Shown here: positions 1 to 11,717 of the stretch, piece by piece
Layout: each line of letters starts with the position of its first letter
Position numbering within the stretch: the stretch's first letter is position 1
From: Marsupella aquatica
Lineage: Eukaryota; Plantae; Marchantiophyta
Direction of reading: 5' to 3'
NCBI GenBank assembly: GCA_973895155.1
Contig: OZ316895.1
Location: forward strand, 9,598,184-9,662,183
DNA length: 64,000 nt
Notes under the pieces: generated by a model
Seen by the model: the letters and a program-made list of their open reading frames with translations, nothing else
The model's database searches: none
Told to the model about the DNA's origin: nothing
Program-made: the position numbers and the translations under genes

Positions 1-879
1 TCTTTGTTCAAGCCATGCTGAGCCACCTCATATAACTCCTCTAAGTGTATCAAGTGACTTATGGTTGCAACACCTGCTCCCAGTTTCAAAATCCTGGCAC
101 TTGAATCAAGTGGGTTCACTAGCTTCTTCCCATTATGGATATAATCTTGATCATGGAGTCCTACAGCATAGCCTCTAGAGGCATGGGCAGTAGTCGTAAT
201 CGAGTGAGTCAGCTGCCAACCTTCCCAACCCAGGTTTTGCCTTGGCCCCTCAATCCCTCTCCCACTATAATCCTCCAACATAAGCTTTCTCCTTCGTGAA
301 TCCCCATCACTGGCATGTCCCAATAGAGGGCCCACCGATTCCAGGCAATGAGTTGTCCAGAGAGATTCCACTTTGTCCCACTGGCGCCTGACCCAAGGGG
401 CATCAAACTTATTACATGTTATATCGCCCATTACAGCCAAGTGAGGAAGCCCTACAACCAATGGATTGACCATGATACACCTTGCTAGGTTCCCTACACG
501 GAAATTCTCAAAAGAATCGACGATGGCAGTAAACCCAGCTTCTCCCTCCCCCACCTTCACCTCCAAGCCTGCTACACATTGGTGGCCTTCAGTTCTCTTC
601 CCACAAAACCCAATAAGAGTATCATGTTTTGGCAGCCATCTGCAAACGTAAGGTGAAGGACTTTTTAGGTTGCTGCCTTTTTGGTGTACATATTCAAATA
701 TACAACAGCAGGTACATCAACCCAAAGGTTATGAAGTGAGATAGTAATTACCTCACGGTTTTTTTCACTACAGTCTCATCCTCTGCCATAAAACAGGGAA
801 TCGGTCCACATATGCCAAGTCGATCCTTTAATTGTGAGTACACTTTGGTGATGAACTTGAATTGAGACGCATGAATTCC
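1..879 (-). pseudogene. P-element-like DDE transposase, catalytic region (exons 879-752 and 639-<1; GT-AG intron 751-640)
   Basis: Manual translation gives CFMAEDETVVKKTVR|WLPKHDTLIGFCG...MVNPL...GPLLGHASDGDSRRRKLM...QDYIHNGKKLVNPL. The spacing resembles the P-superfamily DE, SD and DxxH motifs. The frame stays open to the window edge. Confidence 0.7.
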
Positions 880-1792
880 TGTGGTGCGTCCCACGGCTCC
901 CTAAACCCAAGAAACCCCCCAGCTCAAGCCGATTCCCGCAGGTTTCGCGCTTGGCAAGGCCGTTTCCGCGGCTTAGCGGCATGGGACGCTGCTAACCTTC
1001 TACTATTACTATTAACATTTTACACACATATACTGGACAGATCCTTCATCGGATCATGAGATACGTAGCCGGCCTAATCTAGGCCTTCCCCTGTCTTCCC
1101 CTCCGTCTTGTTAGGTATGTTTGGATTCCGCCGCCGGAATGATCCCCAATAGGCTTGGTTAAGCCGCTAAGACCTCTCTCAGCTCGACACATCCAACTCT
1201 CACTCCCCTGCTTACTTTCCTTCCTTATTGGTTGATGTGGGCACTCTTCACACAAGTTAATGCGACACACAAATAGCAAAATGACTCATTCTGACTGAGT
1301 CATACCATGCACTTGCCATACAAACAGTACATCTCATACACAAGTTCTGCGAACTAAGCCGTGAGGCCAACTCTATTCAGCTCTTAGGCATGAGGAAACA
1401 TGAATATACACAAGGGTCACTGTATGACTAACCGAGAGCTTCTCGTACTACTTGATCCCAGCCCGGCTGGTGCAAACTAAAAACTTGCTAAAGAAGAGGC
1501 CCTGAGCTCCCCGCTGCCCAGGTACTTATCCTGGTAGTGGATCCGCCATTCTTTGCATCGTAAGCCTAATCTACCTAACAGTAATCTACTTGCCCGAATC
1601 TACCTATGTACAGCAAGGCAGGAGCACAAGTGTTGCTCCTACCAGTGGAACCGCAATCCCACTAAGCTAAGTGTCAGGGCCGCTCCTGGTCCTGATCCTA
1701 ATCCTAAACTTGGAGATCAGCGCCCGCCCTGCCCACTCACGCCTCCTCCCTCCACATCCGCCCTCCCTAAAAGGAACGGCGCCCCTGCACCG

Positions 1793-4700
1793 TCACGACA
1801 CCGGTGGTGGATCCTTAATGGACGCCCCCAACGCTTCCTCCTCAGCCACTGCCGTAGGCTCATTCCCTGACAGATTACCTGCCCTTGACTGAGTCAATTC
1901 TCCCTCGGCCTGACTGGGTCCACCATCGGCGTCGGCATCGGCTTGGGAATCGGTTACGGCCTCAGCCTCGGCTACGGTCTCCCCGGCCTGCTCAAGAGGC
2001 GGATCTGGAATACCGGCCTCATTACTGAGTAGTTCGGCTTGGGCCGCACCACTCCCACCTGTGATGATAGCGGGATCTATTGCCGTATTCATGCCGGAGG
2101 ATGGTGCTGGTTCTACCTCTTTGGTCACCATGGCTTGTGGAGTCGGATTACTCCTTGACCCTGAAGGTTTCCGCTTTTTCTTCTTTTCTGGTTCGGCAGC
2201 TGGTCCCTTCCCCTTCCCACCTACTTCCGGCACTGGTACAGTTGGCACAGCCTTTTCTTCGGCCAGTACCACTCCTGGTAACTTGGTTGCCCCAATTGGA
2301 GTTGGGCCTGATGAAGACAAGCACTTAAATACTGCGGCTTGTTTCTTCAGCCGCTCTGTTTGGTTGTCGGCCCGCCGCTGGAGGTTCTCCATCTTCCTCG
2401 TGATTTCCTCCAACTCCTCCTGGGTCTCATCCAGGTCCTTGCGTGCCTCCTCTAGTTCCTTCTGGGCTTCCTCCCGTTCTTGTTTCAAGGTAGTCCTCTC
2501 CTCCTGGGTGGCTCTTAGCTCCTTGTCGAGCTCTGCAATGATGACAGACTCCATCTGGTTCATCTTGGCGTAAGTCTGTTCGAGCATCTCGTCCTTCTCC
2601 CTTAGGTCGGCCTTGAAGCTGGCCGTCAGGGACGCAAGCTCCTGCTGCAGCGCCATAATCCCTTGATAGGATTTCCCTAACTCGACCTCCTTCTGCTCAA
2701 GGGCTCCGCGGATTTTCTCGAGCTCCCCTTTCAACGCCCATTCCTTTCTTTGGGTCTCCGCCATGGCCCGACTGTTGGCTGTTATGTGGGCCTCCTCTGT
2801 ATTCTTCAGCTCTTGCTTCCACTTCTCCCTCTCTTTGATCATGTCGGCCAACTCTCCCTGCATCTGAGTCAGTTTATCCTTGATATTCTGATTATCAGCC
2901 TGCGCGGTGTCCAACTGCCCCTGCATGATGTTCAGCTCATGTTGTTTAATCCGCAGTTCATCTTGGGCTTTCTTGGCCGCCCTTAGATCTTCAATCTCGG
3001 CTTCCATCCTCCTCAGCCGCCGAATGACCTCGTCCTTCTTGCTTCTCTCTAAAGCCACCGCTTCTTCTAATTGGTGCTTCTCCAACTGCTCCCTATGAAA
3101 AAAGGGTCCTACCTCCAACTCCTCTCCAAAGATGCCGAGCGCAAGTTCCCCACACATCTCACCATACTCCATGGCTCTATTCTTAGCGTAGGTGGAGTAA
3201 GTAGAAGTGATCGGCATCGCCCATCGCGGCCTCTGCTCCCAAGCCGTCTTGCGGATCTCATCAATCGTGGCTAGAGGTTTGCTTCCCTTTTTGGCTAGCC
3301 GCCTGATGTCCTCCGGCCAATCTCCTCCTGGTAAATCCTTTTCCCTAGCCAGGGCTGCCTCCTCTTCCTGCTTGATTCGCTCCTGAAATTCCTGCACCGT
3401 CTGTTTTATGCCGTCGAAGCTCGGGGGAGCAACATCTGGTGGGGGAGACTCAGGGCTACTATGCTGGTTGGGGTCCCCTCGCACTACCCTTGGAAGTGTG
3501 GGGACAAACCGGCCACAGGTCCTTACTCCTGGGACGTGATGGTCCGACCCATAGCCGGAATTATCATGGCTGCAGTCCTCCACTGCCTCCTCTACTTCTT
3601 GGCCGTCCGGCTTCTCCCTCTCCTCTTCGTCGGTAGGAGCTTCAAGCAATTCTGCCTCAGATTCGGAGCTTGAGATTCCCACATACATTCGAACACCTGA
3701 CTTGGATTCACGCCTGATTCTCTCCTTGTCTCCAGCAAAGGGGTTTTCTCTTGTGAGCCGGTGTAGGCCTACCTCTGTAGTAGTGTCCTGCATTGTTGCT
3801 GTTGCCGTTGTTGTTGCCGATGCCGATTTCTTTTCGTTTTCCAGTAGTTTCAGCAGACTCTGCATGCCTGGTTGCTGCATCGGCAAGTCCTCCTTCCTGG
3901 GCCTAAACACCTGCTCGATTGTAGGGCTAACAGGTGGTTGAGGCTTCTCAGCCAACGGCCTCGGCGTTGGAGCTTCCTCTGGTGCCCTTACCTGCAGGGG
4001 AAGTACTGGGGCAAAAGTCTGACCTCTGGCATACCGGCACAACAGCGGCATGTGATAGCCAAGCCGCGACACGCTCCCCATGCCGATTACCTGCTGCTCC
4101 TCCTTTAAGATCTTCTTCAATTGGTTGAGGAGGTACCCGTTGTAGTCCCGGCTTGGGTCTGGCCTTTCTGCCAGATAGACCTGTGCCTTGCCGATCTCTA
4201 CCCTCGGCAAGTTACAATGCATGGTCACCCGCAAGAAGTCGATCATCTCTCCTATGTGCGGGTTGGTGCAGGTGTTTCGGAAGAAGCCATTCTTCGTTGA
4301 TGGCCCGGGGAACGACCGGAACTCCTTGTCAGGCAAGGTCTTCCTGGTATCAACTTTGGTCTTATTGCCTATCGGCAAGCCAAACACTTCGGCAATTACC
4401 TTGGGAGTAAGATAGAAATCCTTCCCATATATCCTCGTGCAATTGGTCTCGGGTTCCCATGACCCCACGAATTCTAATAGGTCTGACTCCGGTACCTCCG
4501 GCTTCAGCCATGGTAATCTTACAAACGCCTCCAAGCTGGATCTGGCCATGAAGCCTTGGTACTTCTTGGTCTGCATGGCCGTGAAGCATGCATCCTCCTC
4601 TCGAGCAAAATGTAGTTGCACCTCCACCGGTAGGGTTGCCGCCCAGCCCTTCCAGGTGTCATCCCTGGTTGGAATGGCCTTGATGGGATCGACCTCCTCC

Positions 4701-5167
4701 TCTTCGGCTTCTCCCTGCCTCCCGCTCTGCTGCTCGGCTGGCTTCTTTGGTGCCGCCGACCTCGTTCTTTTTGCCGGGGTGGCTTCATCGTTGACGGCTC
4801 CCTTCCTCTTCATCTCTGCTGCCGTGGAGGTTTCTCCTAGCACCGTTGCCTGGGTCCACCTTTCCGTGCTACCCTTTAATTCCCAGTGTATGTCGTTGCA
4901 GTTCTTGATGGCCTCTCGGATGCCGACGACGCTGTCTTTGCAAAACAGAAGATCATCGAGTTGATTGGAAGTAGGCGTCCACAAGAACTCATCCTTGATG
5001 AGTTCGCCTCCTAAGAAAGCCGTCTTCTGCAGCTCCCACAATCGAGCGAGCTCCTGCCGTTCTCGAGCTGCCCTTTCTGACTCCTCGTCCTCGTAAGTCT
5101 TGATGTACTCAGTTGCCCGTTCGAACAGGCATCCCCAGAAATGTGCCGCTTGATTGACGTTGCTCAT
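1793..5167 (-). CDS. LTR-encoded ~1124-aa accessory protein (frame open from 5428): plant-transposon-protein-like domain, acidic linker, long coiled coil, KKKKRK NLS-like motif
   Basis: Uninterrupted ORF 1793-5428 wholly inside the LTR. The motif LPW...LLEFVGSW...IYGKDFYLTPKVIAEVFGLP resembles retrotransposon accessory-ORF domains. The MSNVNQ ATG at 5167 is preferred because the upstream part has a stop in the other copies. Confidence 0.8.
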   Translation of the reverse strand: MSNVNQAAHFWGCLFERATEYIKTYEDEESERAARERQELARLWELQKTAFLGGELIKDEFLWTPTSNQLDDLLFCKDSVVGIREAIKNCNDIHWELKGSTERWTQATVLGETSTAAEMKRKGAVNDEATPAKRTRSAAPKKPAEQQSGRQGEAEEEEVDPIKAIPTRDDTWKGWAATLPVEVQLHFAREEDACFTAMQTKKYQGFMARSSLEAFVRLPWLKPEVPESDLLEFVGSWEPETNCTRIYGKDFYLTPKVIAEVFGLPIGNKTKVDTRKTLPDKEFRSFPGPSTKNGFFRNTCTNPHIGEMIDFLRVTMHCNLPRVEIGKAQVYLAERPDPSRDYNGYLLNQLKKILKEEQQVIGMGSVSRLGYHMPLLCRYARGQTFAPVLPLQVRAPEEAPTPRPLAEKPQPPVSPTIEQVFRPRKEDLPMQQPGMQSLLKLLENEKKSASATTTATATMQDTTTEVGLHRLTRENPFAGDKERIRRESKSGVRMYVGISSSESEAELLEAPTDEEEREKPDGQEVEEAVEDCSHDNSGYGSDHHVPGVRTCGRFVPTLPRVVRGDPNQHSSPESPPPDVAPPSFDGIKQTVQEFQERIKQEEEAALAREKDLPGGDWPEDIRRLAKKGSKPLATIDEIRKTAWEQRPRWAMPITSTYSTYAKNRAMEYGEMCGELALGIFGEELEVGPFFHREQLEKHQLEEAVALERSKKDEVIRRLRRMEAEIEDLRAAKKAQDELRIKQHELNIMQGQLDTAQADNQNIKDKLTQMQGELADMIKEREKWKQELKNTEEAHITANSRAMAETQRKEWALKGELEKIRGALEQKEVELGKSYQGIMALQQELASLTASFKADLREKDEMLEQTYAKMNQMESVIIAELDKELRATQEERTTLKQEREEAQKELEEARKDLDETQEELEEITRKMENLQRRADNQTERLKKQAAVFKCLSSSGPTPIGATKLPGVVLAEEKAVPTVPVPEVGGKGKGPAAEPEKKKKRKPSGSRSNPTPQAMVTKEVEPAPSSGMNTAIDPAIITGGSGAAQAELLSNEAGIPDPPLEQAGETVAEAEAVTDSQADADADGGPSQAEGELTQSRAGNLSGNEPTAVAEEEALGASIKDPPPVS

Positions 5168-5365
5168 ACCCTCCTTAGGTCGATCGTCGGTATCTACTCT
5201 CTCCCCGAGTGCTTGCCTAAGCAACTGACAGTAGTTGGCCTCCCGTAGTCGTCTGCCTAGTTCGTGCTCACAAATGAGCCACCATCTCCTGCAAGCGCTC
5301 CTTACCCCTCTCCTCTGCCGGTCCTTCTTCCCGTTGATCCTTCCTAGCCGCCGACGCTTAACGCG

Positions 5366-5449
5366 CCCTAACCCTAATCGAGTTTTCACCCTCAGCGTCC
5401 TTACCTCCGGCCTCGGCCCGGGTTCCATGGTTGCCCCTAATGGTTTATA
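5366..5449 (-). promoter_or_regulatory. Candidate promoter at the LTR 5' end: TATAAA (5449-5444) followed by a telo-box-like TTAGGGTTAGGG
   Basis: Both motifs are present in all three LTR copies upstream of the MSNVNQ start. Function is inferred. Confidence 0.4.
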
Positions 5450-5548
5450 TTTTCCTTGTTTTGTCCCTATACTAAGGTGTTCCTAGGGTGCCTTCCTGCT
5501 TTACCCACTTAACTGGCCGAGTGATTCCTGTCTAGGCATCACAATTCC

Positions 5549-7091
5549 TGCACGGAACACAGCCATCCCTCTCCTATCTCGTTGAAGGGTGTTCAAACTA
5601 GGACCTATTCCATTACTGGAAAGGCAATTAACAACACGCCTCCCACCATGCAAAAAGAGTGTTTGGCAGAGAAGCTTTGTTCCTGCCTTATATCGGTAAC
5701 CCTGCTTCTCTTTGTTTAGGTTCGAAGCTATGTCTGACAACATATCCCACAGGGCACCTCTCCCTCCAAAGGCACCCCTTTGTGTGCCAAGACTATGGAT
5801 TGACAAAACTTCAGCACTGTGGCCTTATTTGGTTCCTGGTAATTAAGGCAGACTTCCCCAATGGGTGGGACACGGGCCTTAGCCATCAGTAATCTATGAC
5901 TAAGGATTCTCTGTAGCTTTTGTTCTCTCAGAACTCGATTCCTGTAACACTTTGCTTGTTGCTGGACCTCGGGAACTGTGAGGTAATCTAACCTACGACC
6001 CTTCCCAGTCCCCCTGCTTCCTCTTTTCTCAGAGGCTTTGAATTCTCTAGCAACCCTGAGCCTAAAGTCGGGTTCCCCTTTTATACTAAAACAATGTTCA
6101 CATGTCAAGTCTTGAAAGCCACCCCCTAGTTTTGATAATCTATTGCAAAGCTTGTGCCTAAAGAGACCTTCAATGTGATAGGTTTCCTGCCCGGTTACAC
6201 AGAACACATCTTCTACAACCAAGGGCTCTGCAAACCAAAGTCCCTCAAGTTTAAGCTGATCATTTAAGATTCCCTTAATAGGCCTGGTTTCTGAACCATA
6301 CTTGACCGTATCACGCCAAAGACCCCAACACAACAGAGATAAGTGCCCACCTTTTTCTTCTTCTGCAGACACTCGAGAGGAATCGCTAGACGGCCCTCCA
6401 CTTGGCCTCTGAGTTAAAAAGCCTTGGATGGTCCTTTGTTTGACATCCCTTGCATCCACTTGGCGAGGTCTTCCAGGCCGTCCAGATAGAATAGGTTCTC
6501 CTCTAGCAGGCATTTGACTCCTTGTGACATAATTTAGATGACTGATGCTATTACAATGACTTTCAAGATTGGGCTCCAAATTCCGTTGTTTTGGAATGAG
6601 CACAAGGTGTTCTGAACAGAAATTGCACAAAAGTTTGAATTTGTGTAACTCCAAGGGGTCCTTCTCCACATCGCCTAAAACTGTAAATGTCTCTTTCCCG
6701 ACAGTCTGAGATTCATTAACCTTTTGCACAATCTTTAGGTGCTGCTCAAGTATGGCTTGATCAGTCAATGTATTTGCTTGGGCCCTCCGTGCAACCTCCT
6801 TAGAGTGCAGCCTCTCACCCCTGTTAGATGCCACACGAGCGGCATGCTTTGATGAAATCATATGCTTCTTTTTGAAATTTGTGAAGGCATTATTGATGGA
6901 TGTCTTATCCATCAAACCCTTTGCTGACCCATCATGGCGAGTGTCACACTCGCAACATTCAATGTGTCCGCATGGCACATTGTCTTTGTCCCAGGTTCTC
7001 ACCCTCCACTTGTGGTGAGCGCATTGTATTGACTCCATATGATCCTTAAATTTGTCTACACATGAAGACCATGTCCTCTTTAATTCATTGG
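5549..7091 (-). pseudogene. P-like transposase, middle part: two CxxC...H-x4/5-H zinc-finger-like motifs, CEHC motif, HTH-like GPSLNTLQR
   Basis: ORF 5728-7091 plus a frameshifted continuation (1 nt missing in the C-run at ~5775). It joins in frame to 879 and to 22574 once the TSD-bounded insertions are removed. Confidence 0.75.
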
Positions 7092-10000
7092 TGTGGTGCG
7101 TCCCATGGCTCCCTAAACCCAAGAAACCCCCCAGCTCAAGCCGATTCCTGCAGGTTTCGTGCTTGGCGAGGCCGTTTCCGCGGCTTAGCGGCATGGGACG
7201 CTGCTAACCTTCTACTACTACTATTAACATTTTACACACATATACTGGACAGATCCTTCATCGGGTCATGAGATACGTAGCCGGCCTAATATAGGCCTTC
7301 CCCTGTCTTCCCCTCCATCTTGTTAGGTATGTTTGGATTCCGCCGCCGGAATGATCCCCAATAGGCTTGGTTAAGCCGCTAAGACCTCTCTCAGCTCGAC
7401 ACATCCAACTCTCACTCCCCTGCTTACTTTCCTTCCTTCTGTTGATGTGGGCACTCTTCACACAAGTTAATGCGACACACAAATAGCAAAATGACTCATT
7501 CTGACTGAGTCATACCATGCACTTGCCATACAAACAGTACATCTCATACACAAGTTCTGCGAACTAAGCCGTGAGGCCAACTCTATTCAGCTCTTAGGCA
7601 TGAGGAAACATGAATATACACAAGGGTCACTGTATGACTAACCGAGAGCTTCTCGTACTACTTGATCCCAGCCCGGCTGGTGCAAACTAAAAACTTGCTA
7701 AAGAAGAGGCCCTGAGCTCCCCGCTGCCCAGGTACTTATCCTGGTAGTGGATCCGCCCTTCTTTGCATCGTAAGCCTAATCTACTTAACAGTAATCTACT
7801 TGCCCGAATCTACCTATGTACAGCAAGGCAGGAGCACAAGTGTTGCTCCTACCAGTGGGACCGCAATCCCACTAAGCTAAGTGTCAGGGCCGCTCCTGGT
7901 TCTGATCCTAATCCTAAACGTGGAGATCCGTGCCCGCCCTGCCCACTCACGCCTCCTCCCTCCACGTCCGCCCTCCCTAAAAGGAACGGCGCCCTTGCAC
8001 CGTCACGACACCGGTGGTGGATCCTCAATGGACGCCCCCAATACTTCCTCCTCAGCCACTGCCGTTGGCCCGCCTACTGACAGATTACCTGCCCTTGACC
8101 GAGTCAACTCTCCATCGGCCTGACTGGGTCCACCTTCGGCTTCAGCCTCGACACCGGCCTCGGCAATCCCCACGGCTTCGGCCTCAGCCACTCCCACGGC
8201 TTCGGCTTCCCCTTCCCCTAGGGTAGTTGGATCCTTAGCCGTGACCCTGTCTGGGGTCGGTGCTGGGTCTACCTCCTTGATCACCACGGCCTGTGAAGTC
8301 GTATTACTCCTTGACCCTGAAGGTTTCCGCTTCTTCTTCGTTGGTGGCTCGGCAGCTGGTCCCTTCCCCTTCCCACTTACCTCCGGCACTGGTGCAGGTG
8401 GCGCGGCTTGTCCTTCGGCAATTACCACCCCTGGTAACTGGTTTGTCCCAACAGGAGATGGACCTGCTGCAGCTAAGCATTTAAATACTGCGGCTTGTTT
8501 CTTCAGCCGCTCTGTTTGGTTGTCGGCCCGCCGCTGTAGGTTCTCCATCTTCCTCGTGATTTCCTCCAACTCCTCTTGGGTTTCATCCAGGTCCTTACGT
8601 GCCCCCTCCAGCTCGTTTTTGGCCTCCTCCTGCTCCCTGTGGGCTTCCTCCAATTCCTTCTTCAAGGTAGCCCTCTCCTCCTGGGTTGCTCTTAGCTCCT
8701 TGTCGAGCTCTGCAATGATGACAGACTCTATCTGGTTCATCTTGGCGTAAGTCTGTTCGAGCATCTCGTCCTTCTCCCTTAGGTCGGCCTTGAAGCTGGC
8801 CGTCAGGGACGCAAGCTCCTGCTGCAGCGCCATAATCCCTTGATAGGATTTCCCTAACTCGACCTCCTTCTGCTCAAGGGCTCCGCGGATTTTCTCGAGC
8901 TCCCCTTTCAACGCCCATTCCTTTCTTTGGGTCTCCGCCATGGCCCGACTGTTGGCTGTTATGTGGGCCTCCTCTGTATTCTTTAGCTCTTGCTTCCACT
9001 TTTCCCTCTCTTTGATCGTGTCGGCCAACTCTTCCTGCGTCTGAGTCAGTTTATCCTTGATATTCTGATTATCAGCCTGCGCGGCGTCCAACTGCCCCTG
9101 CATGATGTTCAGCTCATGTCGTTTAATCCGCAGTTCATCTTGGGCTTTCTTGGCCGCCCTTAGATCTTCAATCTCGGCTTCCATCCTCCTAAGCCGCCGA
9201 ATGACCTCGTCCTTCTTGCTTCTCTCTAAAGCCACCGCTTCTTCTAATTGGTGCTTCTCCAACTGCTCCCTATGAAAAAAGGGTCCTACCTCCAACTCCT
9301 CTCCAAAGATGCCGAGCGCAAGTTCCCCACACATCTCACCATACTCCATGGCTCTATTCTTAGCGTAGGTGGAGTAAGTAGAAGTGATCGGCATCGCCCA
9401 TCGTGGCCTCTGCTCCCAAGCCGTCCTGCGGATCTCTTCAATCGTGGCTAGAGGTTTGCTTCCTTTTTCGGCTAGCCGCCTGATGTCCTCCGGCCAATCT
9501 CCTCCTGGTAAATCCTTTTCCTTAGCCAGGGCGGCCTCTTCCTCCTGCTTGATTCGCTCCTGAAATTCCTGCACCGTCTATTTTATGCCGTCGAAGCTCG
9601 GGGGAGCAACATCTGGTGGGGGAGACTCAGGGCTACTCTGCTGGTTGGGGTCCCCTCGCACTACCCTTGGAAGTGTGGGGACAAACCGGCCACAGGTCCT
9701 TACTCCTGGAACGTGATGGTCCGACCCATAGCCGGAATTATCATGGCTGCAGTCCTCCACTGCCTCCTCTACCTCTTGGATGTCCGGCTTCTCCCTCTCC
9801 TCTTCGTTGGTAGGAGCTTCAGGCAATTCTGCCTCCGATTCGGAGCTTGAGGTTCCCACGTACATTCGAACACCTGGCTTGGATTCCGGCCTGATTCTCT
9901 CCTTGTCTCCAGCAAAGGGGTTTTCTCTTGTGAGCCGGTGTAGGCCTACCTCTGTAGTAGTGTCCTGCATTGTTGCCATTGCCGTTGTTGTTGCCGATGC

Positions 10001-11717
10001 CGATTTCTTTTCTTTCTCCAGTAGTTTCAGCAGACTCTGCATGCCTGGTTGCTGCATCGGCAAGTCTTCCTTCCTGGGCCTAAACACCTGCTCGATCGTA
10101 GGACTAACAGGTGGTTGAGGCTTCTCAGCCAACGGCCTCGGCGTTGGAGCTTCCTCGGGTGCCCTTACCTGCAGGGGAAGTACCGGGGCAAAAGTCTGAC
10201 CTCTGGCATACCGGCACAACAGCGGCATGTGATAGCCAAGCCGCGACACGCTCCCCATGCCGATTACCTGCTGCTCCTCCTTTAAGATCTTCTTCAATTG
10301 GTTGAGGAGGTACCCGTTGTAGTCCCGGCTTGGGTCTGGCCTTTCTGCCAGATAGACCTGTGCCTTGCCGATCTCTGCCCTCGGCAAGTTACAATGCATG
10401 GTCACCCGCAAGAAGTCGATCATCTCTCCTATGTGCGGGTTGGTGCAGGTGTTCCGGAAGAAGCCATTCTTCGTTGATGGCCCGGGGAACGACCGGAACT
10501 CCTTGTCAGGCAAGGTCTTCCTGGTATCAACTTTGGTCTTATTGCCCATCGGCAAGCCAAACACTTCGGCAATCACCTTGGGAGTAAGATAGAAATCCTT
10601 CCCATATATCCTCGTGCAATTGGTCTCGGGTTCCCATGACCCCACGAATTCTAATAGGTCTGACTCCGGTACCTCCGGCTTCAGCCATGGTAATCTTACA
10701 AAGGCCTCCAAGCCGGATCCGGCCATGAAGCCTTGGTACTTCTTGGTCTGCATGGCCGTAAAGCATGCATCCTCCTCCCGTGCAAAATGTAGTTGCACCT
10801 CCACCGGTAGGGTTGCCGCCCAGCCCTTCCAGGTGTCATCCCTGGTTGGAATGGCCTTGATGGGATCGACCTCCTTCTCTTCGGCTTCTCCCTGCCTCCT
10901 GCTTTGCTGCTCGGCTGGCTTCTTTGGTGCCGCCGACCTCGTTCTTTTTGTCGGGGTGGCTTCATCGTTGACGGCTCCCTTCCTCTTCATCTCTGCTGCC
11001 GTGGAGGTTTCTCCTAGCACCGTTGCCCGGGTCCACCTTTCCGTGCTACCCTTTAATTCCCAGTGTATGTCGTTGCAGTTCTTGATGGCCTCTCGGATGC
11101 CGATGACGCTATCTTTGCAAAACAGAAGATCGTCGAGTTGATTGGAAGTAGGCGTCCACAGGAACTCGTCCTTGATGAGTTCGCCTCCTAAGAAAGCCGT
11201 CTTCTGCAGCTCCCACAATCGAGCGAGCTCCTGCCGTTCTCGAGCTGCCCTTTCTGACTCCTCGTCCTCGTAAGTCTTGATGTACTCAGTTGCCCGTTTG
11301 AACAGGCATCCCCAGAAATGTGCCGCTTGATTGACGTTGCTCATACCCTCCTTAGGTTGATCATCGGTATCTACTCTCTCCCCGAGTGCTTGCCTAAGCA
11401 GCTGACAGTAGTTGGCCTCCCGTAGTCGTCTGCCTAGTTCGTGCTCGCAAATGAGCCATCATCTCCTGCAAGCGCTCCTTACCCCTCTCCTCTGCCGGTC
11501 CTTCTTCCCGTTGATCCTTCCTAGCCGCCGACGCTTAACGCGCCCTAACCCTAATCGGGTTTTCACCCTCAGCCTTACCTCCGGCCTCTGCCCGGGTTCC
11601 ATGGTTGCCCCTAATTGTTTATATTTTCCTTGTTTTGTCACTATACTAAGGTGTTCCTAGGGTGCCTTCCTGCTTTACCCACTTAACCGGCCGAGTGATT
11701 CCTGTCTAGGCATCACA
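7092..11717 (-). repeat. 3' LTR (4626 bp)
   Basis: TG...CA termini; preceded on the minus strand by the PPT. Confidence 0.95.
8003..11344 (-). pseudogene. LTR-ORF copy with one internal stop (CAG>TAG at 9578-9580)
   Basis: ORFs 9578-11344 and 8003-9574 are in the same frame and colinear with 1793-5167. Confidence 0.9.

Larger units (their letters stand above)
880..5543 (-). mobile_element. Solo LTR (4664 bp) of a Ty3/gypsy family
   Basis: Termini TGTGGTGC...GCATCACA. Exact 5-bp TSD ATTCC at 875-879 and 5544-5548. Near-identical to the LTRs at 7092-11717 and 17943-22568. Confidence 0.95.

Noticed and set aside
2061-4964. Plus-strand ORFs inside the LTRs
   Set aside because: Antisense shadows of the charged, repetitive minus-strand ORF.
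1793-5428. LTR-ORF as an env gene
   Set aside because: No signal peptide or transmembrane segment is visible; it is charged, coiled-coil and has an NLS-like motif.
5168-5428. First 87 codons of the 1211-aa ORF as real protein
   Set aside because: They overlap a telo-box-like tract, start only ~15 nt after the TATAAA, and contain a TGA in both other LTRs. More likely 5' UTR, though not proven.
5728-7194. 488-aa ORF as a complete gene (likewise 776-982 and 22557-22976)
   Set aside because: Its ends are read-through into LTR sequence; these are pieces of the interrupted transposase.
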